Program-made: the position numbers and the translations under genes
Shown: in pieces, positions 19,142-28,397 of the stretch
Layout of the letters: every line of letters starts with the position of its first letter
How positions within the stretch are numbered: the stretch's first letter is position 1
Assembly (NCBI GenBank): GCA_038046645.1
Contig: JBBSVU010000006.1
Location: 10,304-74,303 of the forward strand
DNA length: 64,000 nt
Direction: 5' to 3'
From: an archaeon
GTDB taxonomy: Archaea > Iainarchaeota > Iainarchaeia > Iainarchaeales > 0-14-0-20-34-12
Notes under the pieces: model-generated
Databases searched by the model: none
What the model was told of the DNA's origin: nothing
Seen by the model: only the letters and a program-made list of their open reading frames with translations

Positions 19142-19792
19142 ATGGTTCATGAGATTAAACCGAAGATTTTTACCTTAAAATCAAACAATGAAGGATCCAA
19201 TGTTTATTTAATAAAAGACAAATTAAATGTGCTTATTGATTCCTCCTTATCCAAGAATTTTGATTTGATTATTGGTCTCTTGCGCAAGTTGGATTTAGCG
19301 CCGGTTGATATTGATTTGATTCTGCACACCCACGGGCACGCAGACCACATAGGTTGCTCAGCCTTTTTCGAGAAAGCAAAGAGAGCCATGCATCCATTCG
19401 ATGCTTTCCAAGTGAATGAAAAGAAAGATGATTTTTCCTATGCCTATTTTTTCAATCAGAAAGAATATCCTGAAATAGGCAAATTTCTTTCAGATTCAGA
19501 AATAATTGATTGTGGCAGCATTAAACTAAATGTAATTTTTACGCCAGGGCATACAAAAGGCTCGGTTTGTTTTTTTGAACCAAAAAACAAAATACTTTTT
19601 TCTGGTGATACCTTGTTTTATGGGGCATATGGAAGGACAGACCTGACTTCAAGTGATGAAGCAGACATGAAATCATCTCTTGAAAAACTTTCAAATATTG
19701 ATTTTGAGGTTTTGCTTCCAGGGCACGGAAGGTTTTTGACTGGAAAAAAAGCGCAGAAATCAAATATTGAAAATTTGCTGGCTTTGTTTTAG
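19142..19792 (+). CDS. MBL-fold metallo-hydrolase
   Basis: HTHGHADHIG (HxHxDH) motif. Confidence 0.75.
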   Translation: MVHEIKPKIFTLKSNNEGSNVYLIKDKLNVLIDSSLSKNFDLIIGLLRKLDLAPVDIDLILHTHGHADHIGCSAFFEKAKRAMHPFDAFQVNEKKDDFSYAYFFNQKEYPEIGKFLSDSEIIDCGSIKLNVIFTPGHTKGSVCFFEPKNKILFSGDTLFYGAYGRTDLTSSDEADMKSSLEKLSNIDFEVLLPGHGRFLTGKKAQKSNIENLLALF

Positions 19793-19833
19793 TTCGAAGA
19801 GAAATAGCGCACAGCATGGTTTAAATACCTGTT

Positions 19834-20637
19834 TTGCCCCTATTTTATCTTATGATTAAAGACCATTTTGGGAAAACCTATCAGAAGATTGTGGCTGAAT
19901 TGGATAAAAAAAAGGGTTTGGCATTTTTGGTCATAGACCCGCCAAATCAGGAACCGAAGTTAGCAGGAAAGCTGGCGCAGATTGCAGAATCCAATAATTT
20001 CGGCGCAATTGCCATTGGGGGGTCAGTTGGGGCGGAAGGAAAACTGCTTGAAGAAACCCTGCAGGAGATAAAGGATAACTGCAAGCTTCCTAGAGTTTTA
20101 TTCCCTGGCAATATCTCAACATTGTCGGCAAATGCTGATGCTATTTATTTTATGAGCATGTTAAATTCAACAGATCCTTATTATATTACCGGGGCACAAA
20201 TAGCTTCCTCCTCATCTATTAAAAGAATTAAATTAGAAGCAATCCCTACTTCCTATATTATTGTTGAGCCAGGAAGGGCAGTTGGGTGGATGGGCAAAGC
20301 CAAATTAATACCCAGGGATGTTCCGTATCTAGCAGCAATAACTGCGTTAGCAGGGCAATATATGGGGGCTCATTGGGCAATCCTTGAATCAGGGGGAGGA
20401 GCACCAGAACCAGCTCCGCTTGAGATGATTTCATTCACAAAGAAAATGATTGATATTCCGTTAATTGTTGCTGGTGGTGTCAGAACTCCTGATTGGGCCT
20501 ATAAAGTAATCAAGGCTGGGGCAGATATCATTCACATTGGCGCTGCAATAGAGGCAACAAATGGAGATTTGAAAAAAGCAGATTCCAGGATTTCAGAATT
20601 CAGCAAAGCAGTTGAAAAAGCAGCAAGGGAAAAATAA
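19834..20637 (+). CDS. Geranylgeranylglyceryl phosphate synthase (PcrB/GGGPS family)
   Basis: LVIDPPNQEP, IAIGGS and IVAGGV motifs of the GGGPS TIM barrel. Confidence 0.7.
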   Translation: MPLFYLMIKDHFGKTYQKIVAELDKKKGLAFLVIDPPNQEPKLAGKLAQIAESNNFGAIAIGGSVGAEGKLLEETLQEIKDNCKLPRVLFPGNISTLSANADAIYFMSMLNSTDPYYITGAQIASSSSIKRIKLEAIPTSYIIVEPGRAVGWMGKAKLIPRDVPYLAAITALAGQYMGAHWAILESGGGAPEPAPLEMISFTKKMIDIPLIVAGGVRTPDWAYKVIKAGADIIHIGAAIEATNGDLKKADSRISEFSKAVEKAAREK

Positions 20638-20673
20638 TTCTTTTTCTTATCCCTATTTTTGCAATAACCTAAA

Positions 20674-21594
20674 TTATTTTCTTATCTTTTTCTCTTTTTC
20701 TAGAATCTCAAAAACAGTCCTTGCAATCGCTTCCTTAGTATCATAGCTTGGTTTCCAGCCTAATGCCTTTATTTTTTCTATGCTATACCATCTCCCCCTT
20801 GTTAACCTGTCAAGATGCTCTGGGCTTACAATTGATTTTTTGCCAAATAGTTTTCCAATAACTAAGTAAAAATATGCCAAAATTTTTCCAATAACAGTAG
20901 GAACGCTTTTCTGGTTTTTGTTCATTCCCAAGGATTTTCTTATTTCAAGTATTACCTCTTTCAATGTAAGCGGGCTTTCTTCTGCAATATTCAATGTTTC
21001 CCCAGCTGCTTTTTTGTGTTCAACCACAAATATGAGTGCATTAACCAAATCAGTAATATAGATCATCTGCCATTTATTCTCCCCATTCCCTATTAGTGGG
21101 AAATCCTTTCTAATTAGCTGAATTATTTTTTCCCAATATTCATTTTGCCCGAGAATAATTGTCGGCCTTAGAATATTTATAGTAATTAACTCTTGATATT
21201 CATTCAGAATACGCTCTGCTAATAATTTAGTTTTTTCATAATGTGTTTTGGGGTTTAATTTAGATTCTTCTGTTTTTATTTCTTCACAATCGCCATAAAC
21301 CCCTACCGAACTCATTAAAATAAATCTTGAAACTTTGTTTTCAACAGCTGCTTTAATCAGATTTTCAGTTCCAGTAATATTTACTTTATTTAGCAGCGGT
21401 GAATGTTCATCCAAAACAGCAGCCAAATGCAGGACAATATCAATTGAGCCGCACGCAGCTCTGCACTGCCCCACATCTAAAATGTCTTCCCCTTTTTTGG
21501 AATCAAATTCCCGGATCCAATGCCCCCTTTTTCTAAGAACCTCAACAATTCTCTGCCCAACAAAACCTGAAGAGCCGGTTACTAAAATACGCAT
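20674..21594 (-). CDS. NAD-dependent epimerase/dehydratase (SDR family)
   Basis: N-terminal Rossmann motif MRILVTGSSGFVG. Confidence 0.75.
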   Translation of the reverse strand: MRILVTGSSGFVGQRIVEVLRKRGHWIREFDSKKGEDILDVGQCRAACGSIDIVLHLAAVLDEHSPLLNKVNITGTENLIKAAVENKVSRFILMSSVGVYGDCEEIKTEESKLNPKTHYEKTKLLAERILNEYQELITINILRPTIILGQNEYWEKIIQLIRKDFPLIGNGENKWQMIYITDLVNALIFVVEHKKAAGETLNIAEESPLTLKEVILEIRKSLGMNKNQKSVPTVIGKILAYFYLVIGKLFGKKSIVSPEHLDRLTRGRWYSIEKIKALGWKPSYDTKEAIARTVFEILEKEKKIRK

Positions 21595-21753
21595 GATTAT
21601 CCACAGTGTTTTATGATGTTAAAAAAAAATAATATATTGTACTGAGTTAAGTATAATTTATTAATAAATGTTTTTGTTGACAATCTTTTTTCCAATAACT
21701 ATGAAATTTCACCAAATGCTCTATTTTTAACCTTTTTTTTGGTTTGATTAGTT

Positions 21754-22821
21754 ATGATAGGCATAGATGGAGCACACGGTGAGTCCGGAGGGCAGATTTT
21801 AAGGACAACTTTGGCATTATCCGCACTTTTGCAAAAAGAAATAGAAATAAAAGATATTAGAAAAGGCCGTGAGAAACCAGGCTTGAGGCCACAGCATTTA
21901 GCTGCAGTAAAAACAATGGCTAATGTTTGCAATGCCAGGATTTCTGGCCTGTTTGAAAATAGCACTGCTTTAACTTTTAATCCTACAAAAATCCAGTCAG
22001 CACAATTGAATATTAATATTTCAACCGCAGGTTCAGCTGCATTGCTTTTGCAGCAATTATTTCCAGTTGCATTGTTGGAGGAATTTACCTTTAGAATTGT
22101 TGCTGGCACCGATGTTCCATTTTCTCCATCACTTAATTATTTGAATGCTGTTTTTTGCCCTATCATCAAAAAATTGGGTGCGAATTTTTCACTTGAACAA
22201 ATGGCTCATGGCTATTATCCCATAGGAAATGGCCGTGTTGTTTTTAGTTCAAAAAAAGCAAAGCTTCCATTAAAACCAATAAACATCAGCAAATTAGGCA
22301 ATCTTGAGTGCTTTAAACTATTTTCACATTCTTCAGGGCTGCCAATGGAGGTAGTGGATAATCAATTATGTGCAGCAAAAAATATTCTCTCAAAGAATTT
22401 TGAGGGTATTGATATTTTTGACAAGATTGATTTTTCATCCAGAAAGGATACGATAGGCTCAGGGATAGACATCTTTGCATGTTTTTCCTCTGGTGCGGTT
22501 TTAGGCACAAATTCTTTAGGTAAAAAAGGCATTCCGGCAACAAACGTTGGGAATGAGGCAGCAGAAAAAATCGTTTCAGAATTAAAAGCTGAAAAACCTT
22601 GCGATTCCCATTTGGCTGACCAGCTTATTATATATATGGCTCTTGCAAAAGGCATTTCAAAGATAGAGTGCACAAAATTGACAAACCATGCTCTGACAAA
22701 TATCTGGGTCATAGAGCAATTTTTGCCAGTAAAATTCCAAGTAACTGGGAATCTTAATGAAGCAGCAGAGATTTCAGTTGAAGGCATTGGATTTACCCTC
22801 CAAGATAACCCAAGTCTTTAG
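21754..22821 (+). CDS. rtcA: RNA 3'-terminal phosphate cyclase
   Basis: IDGAHGESGGQILRTTLALSAL and PGLRPQHL motifs. Confidence 0.85.
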   Translation: MIGIDGAHGESGGQILRTTLALSALLQKEIEIKDIRKGREKPGLRPQHLAAVKTMANVCNARISGLFENSTALTFNPTKIQSAQLNINISTAGSAALLLQQLFPVALLEEFTFRIVAGTDVPFSPSLNYLNAVFCPIIKKLGANFSLEQMAHGYYPIGNGRVVFSSKKAKLPLKPINISKLGNLECFKLFSHSSGLPMEVVDNQLCAAKNILSKNFEGIDIFDKIDFSSRKDTIGSGIDIFACFSSGAVLGTNSLGKKGIPATNVGNEAAEKIVSELKAEKPCDSHLADQLIIYMALAKGISKIECTKLTNHALTNIWVIEQFLPVKFQVTGNLNEAAEISVEGIGFTLQDNPSL

Positions 22822-22857
22822 AATTAAAATAAGTAGTTATTCAGAATTCCTTGCTGC

Positions 22858-24051
22858 TTATTCTTTACGGTATTTCTTTTTTGCATTATTTAATGCAATG
22901 TGCACTGCCTGAGTACTTAAAGGCATTTCAGGGTCTAATACCTTACCAACTTCCCACAAATAAGGGAACCTTCCCTTTTCCCTAATTGTCCTTCTTACAA
23001 GTTTTGTATAGGCAGCAACAGCCCTTCTTTCTGAGGGTGCTAGATTGGCAGGCATTTCCTGCGTAAAAAATTCAGAATATCTATTTTGACTAACAATGCT
23101 TGACCTCCCATCTGAAGGTATGCTTGTAGTTTCTGCAACCTCCCTATATCTTTGTAATGTACTTCTTTCTCTTTTACTTTTTCTGAAAGTATTCAATATA
23201 AAAAAATTAGTGTGCATTCCAATAAAGGAATGTACTTTCATTCCTTTCGTTGGATCATACTCATCCAATTTTTCAAATAGCATTGCAGTTATTGCAGCAA
23301 ACATCTCACTATTATTGCAATTATACCTTTTCATAATGCTGTAGATTAAGCCTTTATTTTCTTTTATTTTATTGGCTTTTTCCCTAGGGCTGAAAAGATT
23401 TGTTTTTACTGCTTTATGCTCAATCCTTTTTGCTTTTCCCTTTTGCCTTAATTTTTCATAAATAGAGACTACATCATTTTTAGTTATGGTTCCATCGCCA
23501 TGTTCTTTTATATACTGTGGAATGTCATTTATTCGAATTTTTCTGGCAGGATCCGTTAAAATTTTCTTAACCATTGCTAAATCCCTTTCGCTAGGTAAAG
23601 GCCCTTGGCGATGTGTCTCTAGAAAAGCTAATTTTCCTAATCTTCTAATTTCTGGTTCAGTCCTTAATCCAGAATTTATTAAAATGGCACGCACAGTTCT
23701 TCCAGCGACTTTAATTCCTTCATCACCCATTTTTCTGGTGATCTCCTCAACATTCAATTTTCTAGTCTTCCCTAAAGGGCTTTCCACTTCTGAAGCAGCC
23801 AATTCTTTTATCTTTTCTATTGTTTCTGTAGGAACCTTCTGGTCTGAAAGTGCAATTCTTTTTGCCCTATCCCATTGTTCTTTTGATAGTCTTGAATACT
23901 TTCGAACAGTAGTTGTATCAACCCCAATACGCTCTGCTATCTCTATTTGTGTTAATGGCCTTTTTCTTGGTCTTTTTGCAAGTTTTCTTATTGTTGCTGT
24001 AACTTTTTTATTAGGAACCTTGGCGTTTGGGAATCTTCCTTTTGCTAGCAT
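22858..24051 (-). CDS. HTH-containing protein with C-terminal sigma-70 (ECF-like) region-2 and region-4-like segments; paralogue of 53901..55202
   Basis: HTH segment LTQIEIAERIGVDTTTVRKY. The stretch LFEKLDEYDPTKGMKVHSFIGMHTNFFILNTFRKSKRE matches the ECF sigma region 2.2-2.4 pattern. The C-terminal segment LAPSERRAVAAYTKL...STQAVHIALNNAKKK resembles region 4. Both paralogues carry an IPSDG motif. Confidence 0.5.
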   Translation of the reverse strand: MLAKGRFPNAKVPNKKVTATIRKLAKRPRKRPLTQIEIAERIGVDTTTVRKYSRLSKEQWDRAKRIALSDQKVPTETIEKIKELAASEVESPLGKTRKLNVEEITRKMGDEGIKVAGRTVRAILINSGLRTEPEIRRLGKLAFLETHRQGPLPSERDLAMVKKILTDPARKIRINDIPQYIKEHGDGTITKNDVVSIYEKLRQKGKAKRIEHKAVKTNLFSPREKANKIKENKGLIYSIMKRYNCNNSEMFAAITAMLFEKLDEYDPTKGMKVHSFIGMHTNFFILNTFRKSKRERSTLQRYREVAETTSIPSDGRSSIVSQNRYSEFFTQEMPANLAPSERRAVAAYTKLVRRTIREKGRFPYLWEVGKVLDPEMPLSTQAVHIALNNAKKKYRKE

Positions 24052-24121
24052 AATCTTATTACTTATAAAATAGTTATTAAATTGTATGGAATGGTTATCC
24101 TGATTTTGTCTTCAATTAAAT

Positions 24122-24502
24122 TTAAAGCAATTCATTTTCAAGCAAATCAACAATCATATTCTTTACAATTTCATTGCACCTTTTCTTTGGCTTTAAAATC
24201 CTGCAGCATGCTACTTTATTCCTTGCAATAAATTTCTGGTGCAGTTTATTGCTGATTGCATAAGCTTCAGCTTTGCTCAAATCCTTGTTTTTCAGGTTGG
24301 AAATTAAGATTGCTCCGATTAATGCCCCACATACACACCCCGAATTCAAACCAGAGCCAAAAAACTGTGCCAAATTTTCAAATTCTTTTTTGTTTTCCAA
24401 ACCTAGCTTCTCTGTGCATATTTTAAGGACACATTCACAACAATTCTTTTTGCCATACATTTCATTTACTAATTTCTCAATTTCTTTTTCATCAATCTTC
24501 AT
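24122..24502 (-). CDS. Cys-rich putative redox-active protein (C_GCAxxG_C_C-like)
   Basis: Cysteine pattern CCECV...SGCVCGALIGA...ACC. Confidence 0.55.
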   Translation of the reverse strand: MKIDEKEIEKLVNEMYGKKNCCECVLKICTEKLGLENKKEFENLAQFFGSGLNSGCVCGALIGAILISNLKNKDLSKAEAYAISNKLHQKFIARNKVACCRILKPKKRCNEIVKNMIVDLLENELL

Positions 24503-24510
24503 AAGAACCC

Positions 24511-25284
24511 CTATTTTGTTATCTTTTTAATTAATTTTCCTTCACAATTCTTATCTGCAACTTTCCACAATTTTTCGAAATGTTCTGCATATGTTTCCGC
24601 TAACTGTTTATTCCTTATCATAATTACGCTGATTGGCATCTGCCAAATCACAATGGCAATTTTATCTCCATAAATAAAAGTGTTAGTGGGGTTTAGGTAT
24701 TCGGATTCAAGAAATCTATATTTTGTGGATGGGTTATCAAAAATCAGAATGCCTTTCTTCTTGAGGGAAATTACCCTTTCCTTTATGCCATTTTCCCTGA
24801 GCTTTCTGAAGTATTGTGGCATAAAAATTGGCAAAGTTTCATCATATTTTGTGTCATCAAGCCCGAATAAGCAAACATCTTTTTTTGTGCGGATAATATC
24901 CGTCAAAAATACCTTCAAACCTTCTTTTCCCTTAAACACTTCTACTTTTGTCTCCAGGTTATCTTCTTGTGACCAAGAAATAAGATCGGGCAAGCAATTC
25001 TGAAGCTCTTCTTTAGTTTTTGCTATTTCATTATTTTTTTCTTCAAGATACTCTAAAAGCTTGTTAGGGTGATGTGCTTGGAACACCTTCTTTTTACCTT
25101 TATGCACATAGCTTATTAGTCCTCTTTTTAGTAATGTTTCAAGTTTGTCGTAAACATGTGGTCTATAAATGCCTGTTTTTTGTGAAAGTTCATATGCTGA
25201 AGCTTCTCCACCCCTCAACAATGACACATATATTTGAATTTCATTATCAGATAGCCCCATTTTCTTTAATACTTCTAATTTCAT
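24511..25284 (-). CDS. TrmB-family transcriptional regulator
   Basis: N-terminal winged HTH (LSDNEIQIYVSLLRGGEASAYELSQKTGIYRPHVYDKLETLLKRGLI). Length about 257 aa. Confidence 0.7.
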   Translation of the reverse strand: MKLEVLKKMGLSDNEIQIYVSLLRGGEASAYELSQKTGIYRPHVYDKLETLLKRGLISYVHKGKKKVFQAHHPNKLLEYLEEKNNEIAKTKEELQNCLPDLISWSQEDNLETKVEVFKGKEGLKVFLTDIIRTKKDVCLFGLDDTKYDETLPIFMPQYFRKLRENGIKERVISLKKKGILIFDNPSTKYRFLESEYLNPTNTFIYGDKIAIVIWQMPISVIMIRNKQLAETYAEHFEKLWKVADKNCEGKLIKKITK

Positions 25285-25373
25285 AAAAATTACTTGTGTA
25301 AATGTCTTTAAAATATTTTCGTCCTAGTTCTGGACGACAGAAACATATTAACAAAAGAAATTATTGTTAATAT

Positions 25374-25742
25374 ATGTTCGTGGAAATAATTTGGCATTTG
25401 ATTCAGTTTGATATCATTTGGTTTGTTGATTTGCTTTTAGCCAATCTGCACTGGGCTTTTGCATTCTTTGCCTTGGGTTTTATCTTCTTTAATGGCAAAA
25501 ACCCCTGGAAGAAATTTATTGTATTGGCAACAGTCCCGCTTATTTGGGAGGACTTTAGCGCTTTAACAGGGATTGTTTTATTTATTACAGAGTTCTTGGC
25601 AATTTACTATGTTATACAGATAGCAACCTTAAGATTTGCTGAGGATTATCCGCAAATATCCAATAAATTGCACTGGGTGGAAGAATTTTTCACAATGGCT
25701 TTAGTTCTTTTGTTTAATTTTGGAGGTTTGTTATGGCAATAA
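25374..25742 (+). CDS. Small hydrophobic membrane protein (hypothetical)
   Basis: ORF predicted to have 3-4 transmembrane helices. Confidence 0.35.
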   Translation: MFVEIIWHLIQFDIIWFVDLLLANLHWAFAFFALGFIFFNGKNPWKKFIVLATVPLIWEDFSALTGIVLFITEFLAIYYVIQIATLRFAEDYPQISNKLHWVEEFFTMALVLLFNFGGLLWQ

Positions 25743-25921
25743 CAAGAATATTTTTTGCATTTTCAATAGCATTCCTTCTGCATATGTTTGCAGGCCTTTT
25801 TTTAGGGCCTGGGATTGGGAATTTACAGGAAGGTTTTTTCACTCCTTTTGGTTTTTTATTAACTGCGGGAGTAGCGTTTGTTGAAATGACTTTTCTGGCC
25901 CAATAATTGGAATCAAATCAC

Positions 25922-25955
25922 TGACGCTCCATGGGCTGAAGCCCATGGAGCGTCA
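25922..25955. terminator. Perfect 15-bp GC-rich palindrome TGACGCTCCATGGGC-TGAA-GCCCATGGAGCGTCA between convergent genes; T-run follows on + strand
   Basis: Read directly from the sequence. Overlaps the ribD stop codon. Confidence 0.5.
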
Positions 25956-27038
25956 CATCTGTTTTGTGCGGAGCATCAAATCTTTGCCGCTTTTTTTGAT
26001 GTCCAATATTTTCAGCTTAGCTTTTACTGTTTCATCAATAAAATCAATTCCATTTTTTACTTTTTTTTGGGAAATAAAAAATAAAATTTCATCATTTAAT
26101 CTTTCTTTCAAAAAACTTGAATTAATCTTCTGTCCCCCCTCTACAAGAATGCTGGTAATTCCTCTCTTGCCAATTTCTCTTAGAACCTCTTTCAGATTCA
26201 AGAAGCCGTTTTTTTGCGTCACCTTAATAATTTCAATCTTTTTGTTTGGATTTTTCCCCAGCATCTCTTTTTCTTTGTTTTTTCCCCTATTTTTCGAGCA
26301 GAAAATTATTGTTTTAGCATTGCTTTTAAACAATTTCGCATTTTTTGGAGTTTTCAATTCAGGGTCAAGAATAATTTTTATTGGATCTCTCCCAGTTTTC
26401 AATCTGCAATTTAATTTTGGATTATCCTTCAAAACAGTATTTATGCCAACAAGCAAAGCATTACACTTATTTCTTAATTCATGCACTTTTTTTTGGCTTT
26501 CTTTGCCTGTGATTTTTCTCCCTTTGCCGTCCCCCCAAGTAATCTTTCCATTTTTTGTAATCGCAATCTTCAGAAGCACATAAGGTTTCTTTGTTTTCAT
26601 CCATATTATGTATTCTTTATTCAATTCTTCTGCTTCTTTCCTGCACAACCCAACTTTAATCTTAATTCCTGCATTTTCCAATTCTTTAATTCCTCTGCCC
26701 GCAACAATTGGATTGACATCAAGCATTGCAACATTAACTTTTTTGATTCCGGCTTTAATTATTGCCTTTGTGCAAGGTCCGGTTTTTCCATAATGGCAGC
26801 AAGGCTCTAATGTAACAAACATTTCTACATTTTCAGTTGATTTCCTGCCCTTTCTTTTCCAAGCATCTGCAATTGCATTAATCTCAGCATGCTCTTTTCC
26901 AAATTCTTTATGCCAGCCTTTACCAATGATTTTCCCGTTCTTTGCAATTACGCAGCCTACTGATGGGTTTGGGTGTGTAAAACCAGTGCCTTCCTTAGCA
27001 AGTTTAATCGCCAATTGCATGAAATACTTTTTTCCCAT
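25953..27038 (-). CDS. ribD: Bifunctional riboflavin biosynthesis protein RibD (deaminase + reductase, bacterial-type fusion)
   Basis: CMP/dCMP-type deaminase motifs HAEINA and PCCHYGKTGPC. C-terminal RibD reductase domain. Confidence 0.85.
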   Translation of the reverse strand: MGKKYFMQLAIKLAKEGTGFTHPNPSVGCVIAKNGKIIGKGWHKEFGKEHAEINAIADAWKRKGRKSTENVEMFVTLEPCCHYGKTGPCTKAIIKAGIKKVNVAMLDVNPIVAGRGIKELENAGIKIKVGLCRKEAEELNKEYIIWMKTKKPYVLLKIAITKNGKITWGDGKGRKITGKESQKKVHELRNKCNALLVGINTVLKDNPKLNCRLKTGRDPIKIILDPELKTPKNAKLFKSNAKTIIFCSKNRGKNKEKEMLGKNPNKKIEIIKVTQKNGFLNLKEVLREIGKRGITSILVEGGQKINSSFLKERLNDEILFFISQKKVKNGIDFIDETVKAKLKILDIKKSGKDLMLRTKQM

Positions 27039-27239
27039 TAGCCTACTTAATAAAAAGCTTTTTTTAAACTGAATTCTGCATTATGTTTTTGAAAGTATTG
27101 AATATATGGTTCCTTGCCCTAGAAATAGCTTTTTAAACCTTATATTGAATAATTTCTTCCTATATAGATTCTATTTTTGTTAGAGTCTCCGGCCTTAGGG
27201 CCGCAGAAAATATCCCCTGTAAAGGGTTGAGGTGAATAG

Positions 27240-27851
27240 ATGGCAGTATATGACGTTCCTGCAAGGGAATTAATTGAAGCAGTTGCTCTAGATTTGGAAA
27301 GTAAATTTAACATAGTGCAACCAGCATTTGTTGAATACGTAAAATCAGGCTCGCACAAGGAAAGGGCACCTGACCAAAAAAATTGGTTTTACGTAAGAAT
27401 GGCCTCTTTATTATATAGGGTTTATAAAGAAGGTTCTGTTGGTGTTAGTTCATTAAGAACTTATTATGGTGGAAAAAAAAGGAGAGGGGTTAAGCCGCCA
27501 ATATTCAGGAAAGCCTCAGGCAAGGTTATTAGGTTAGGTTTGCAGAATTTAGAGAAATCAGGCTTAATACAAAAAGGCGCAAAAGGTAGGGTTATTTCGC
27601 CAAAAGGGGTTTCATATTTAAACAAAAAATCAAATGAAGTAAAGAAAGTAGTGGCTGATAAAGTAAAGTTTGCGGCAGAAAAGAGATTGCAGGAATTGCA
27701 GGAAGCAGAAAAAAGAAGATTGTTGGCTGAAAAACAACAAAAAGAGAAACAAGCGGCAATGCAAAAGCCCCAAAGAAAAGACGCTAATGCCCCAAAACAA
27801 GCCAAGCCAGAATTTGAGAAAAAGCAAGAGGAGCATAAGAAAGAGAAATAA
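27240..27851 (+). CDS. rps19e: Ribosomal protein eS19 with ~60-aa K/E-rich C-terminal extension
   Basis: VYDVPARELIEAVA...DQKNWFYVRMASLLYRVY...GVSSLRTYYGG core. SD sequence GAGGTGA 7 nt upstream. Confidence 0.85.
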   Translation: MAVYDVPARELIEAVALDLESKFNIVQPAFVEYVKSGSHKERAPDQKNWFYVRMASLLYRVYKEGSVGVSSLRTYYGGKKRRGVKPPIFRKASGKVIRLGLQNLEKSGLIQKGAKGRVISPKGVSYLNKKSNEVKKVVADKVKFAAEKRLQELQEAEKRRLLAEKQQKEKQAAMQKPQRKDANAPKQAKPEFEKKQEEHKKEK

Positions 27852-27874
27852 GGGAGATTTTTCTTTCTTGGTGA

Positions 27875-28180
27875 TTGCATATGGATGCTGAATTAGAAGA
27901 GTTAAAACAGCAAAGGGCATTCCAATTGAAGCAAGCCGAGCAGCAGGCCCAGGCAGAAGCACAATTGAAGCAATTGCTTGACATCATTATGACCCAAAAA
28001 GCAAAAGAGAGAATAATGAATGTTCGCTTGGTAAATAAGGAGCTTTATTTAAAAGCAGCCCAGTATATACTATTAATGTACCGCGCCGGGAAGCTGCAAG
28101 GAAAGCTCGAGGAAGAAGGATTAATCCAATTGTTAAAATCATTATCCCAAAAAAGGGAAATAAAGATCGTGAGGAAATAA
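27875..28180 (+). CDS. PDCD5-like dsDNA-binding protein (COG2118)
   Basis: Conserved position after rps19e and family-like sequence. Confidence 0.65.
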   Translation: MHMDAELEELKQQRAFQLKQAEQQAQAEAQLKQLLDIIMTQKAKERIMNVRLVNKELYLKAAQYILLMYRAGKLQGKLEEEGLIQLLKSLSQKREIKIVRK

Positions 28181-28182
28181 TT

Positions 28183-28386
28183 ATGGCAGCTAGAAAAGAT
28201 CAAGAATTCAAGGATTTTCTTGTTTCCAAAAGGAATAGCATAAAACCAGGGATAAGTAGTGCCCCGGTTTGGGTTTTCCAGAAGGCAAACAAGAGAATTT
28301 GGAATCCTGTACAAAAAAGGCACTGGAAGGATGTTGATTTTGGAAAGAAATTTGAACACAACAAGGTTTCAGAGCATAAGAAATAA
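28183..28386 (+). CDS. rpl39e: Ribosomal protein eL39
   Basis: PVWVFQKANKRIWNPVQKRHWK core. Conserved gene order. Confidence 0.75.
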   Translation: MAARKDQEFKDFLVSKRNSIKPGISSAPVWVFQKANKRIWNPVQKRHWKDVDFGKKFEHNKVSEHKK

Positions 28387-28397
28387 ATGGTGAAAAT

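Noticed and set aside
25945-26583. 212-aa plus-strand ORF
   Set aside because: Entirely antisense to the well-supported ribD gene. It starts inside the GC palindrome. Its composition is hydrophobic/low-complexity, typical of AT-rich antisense frames.
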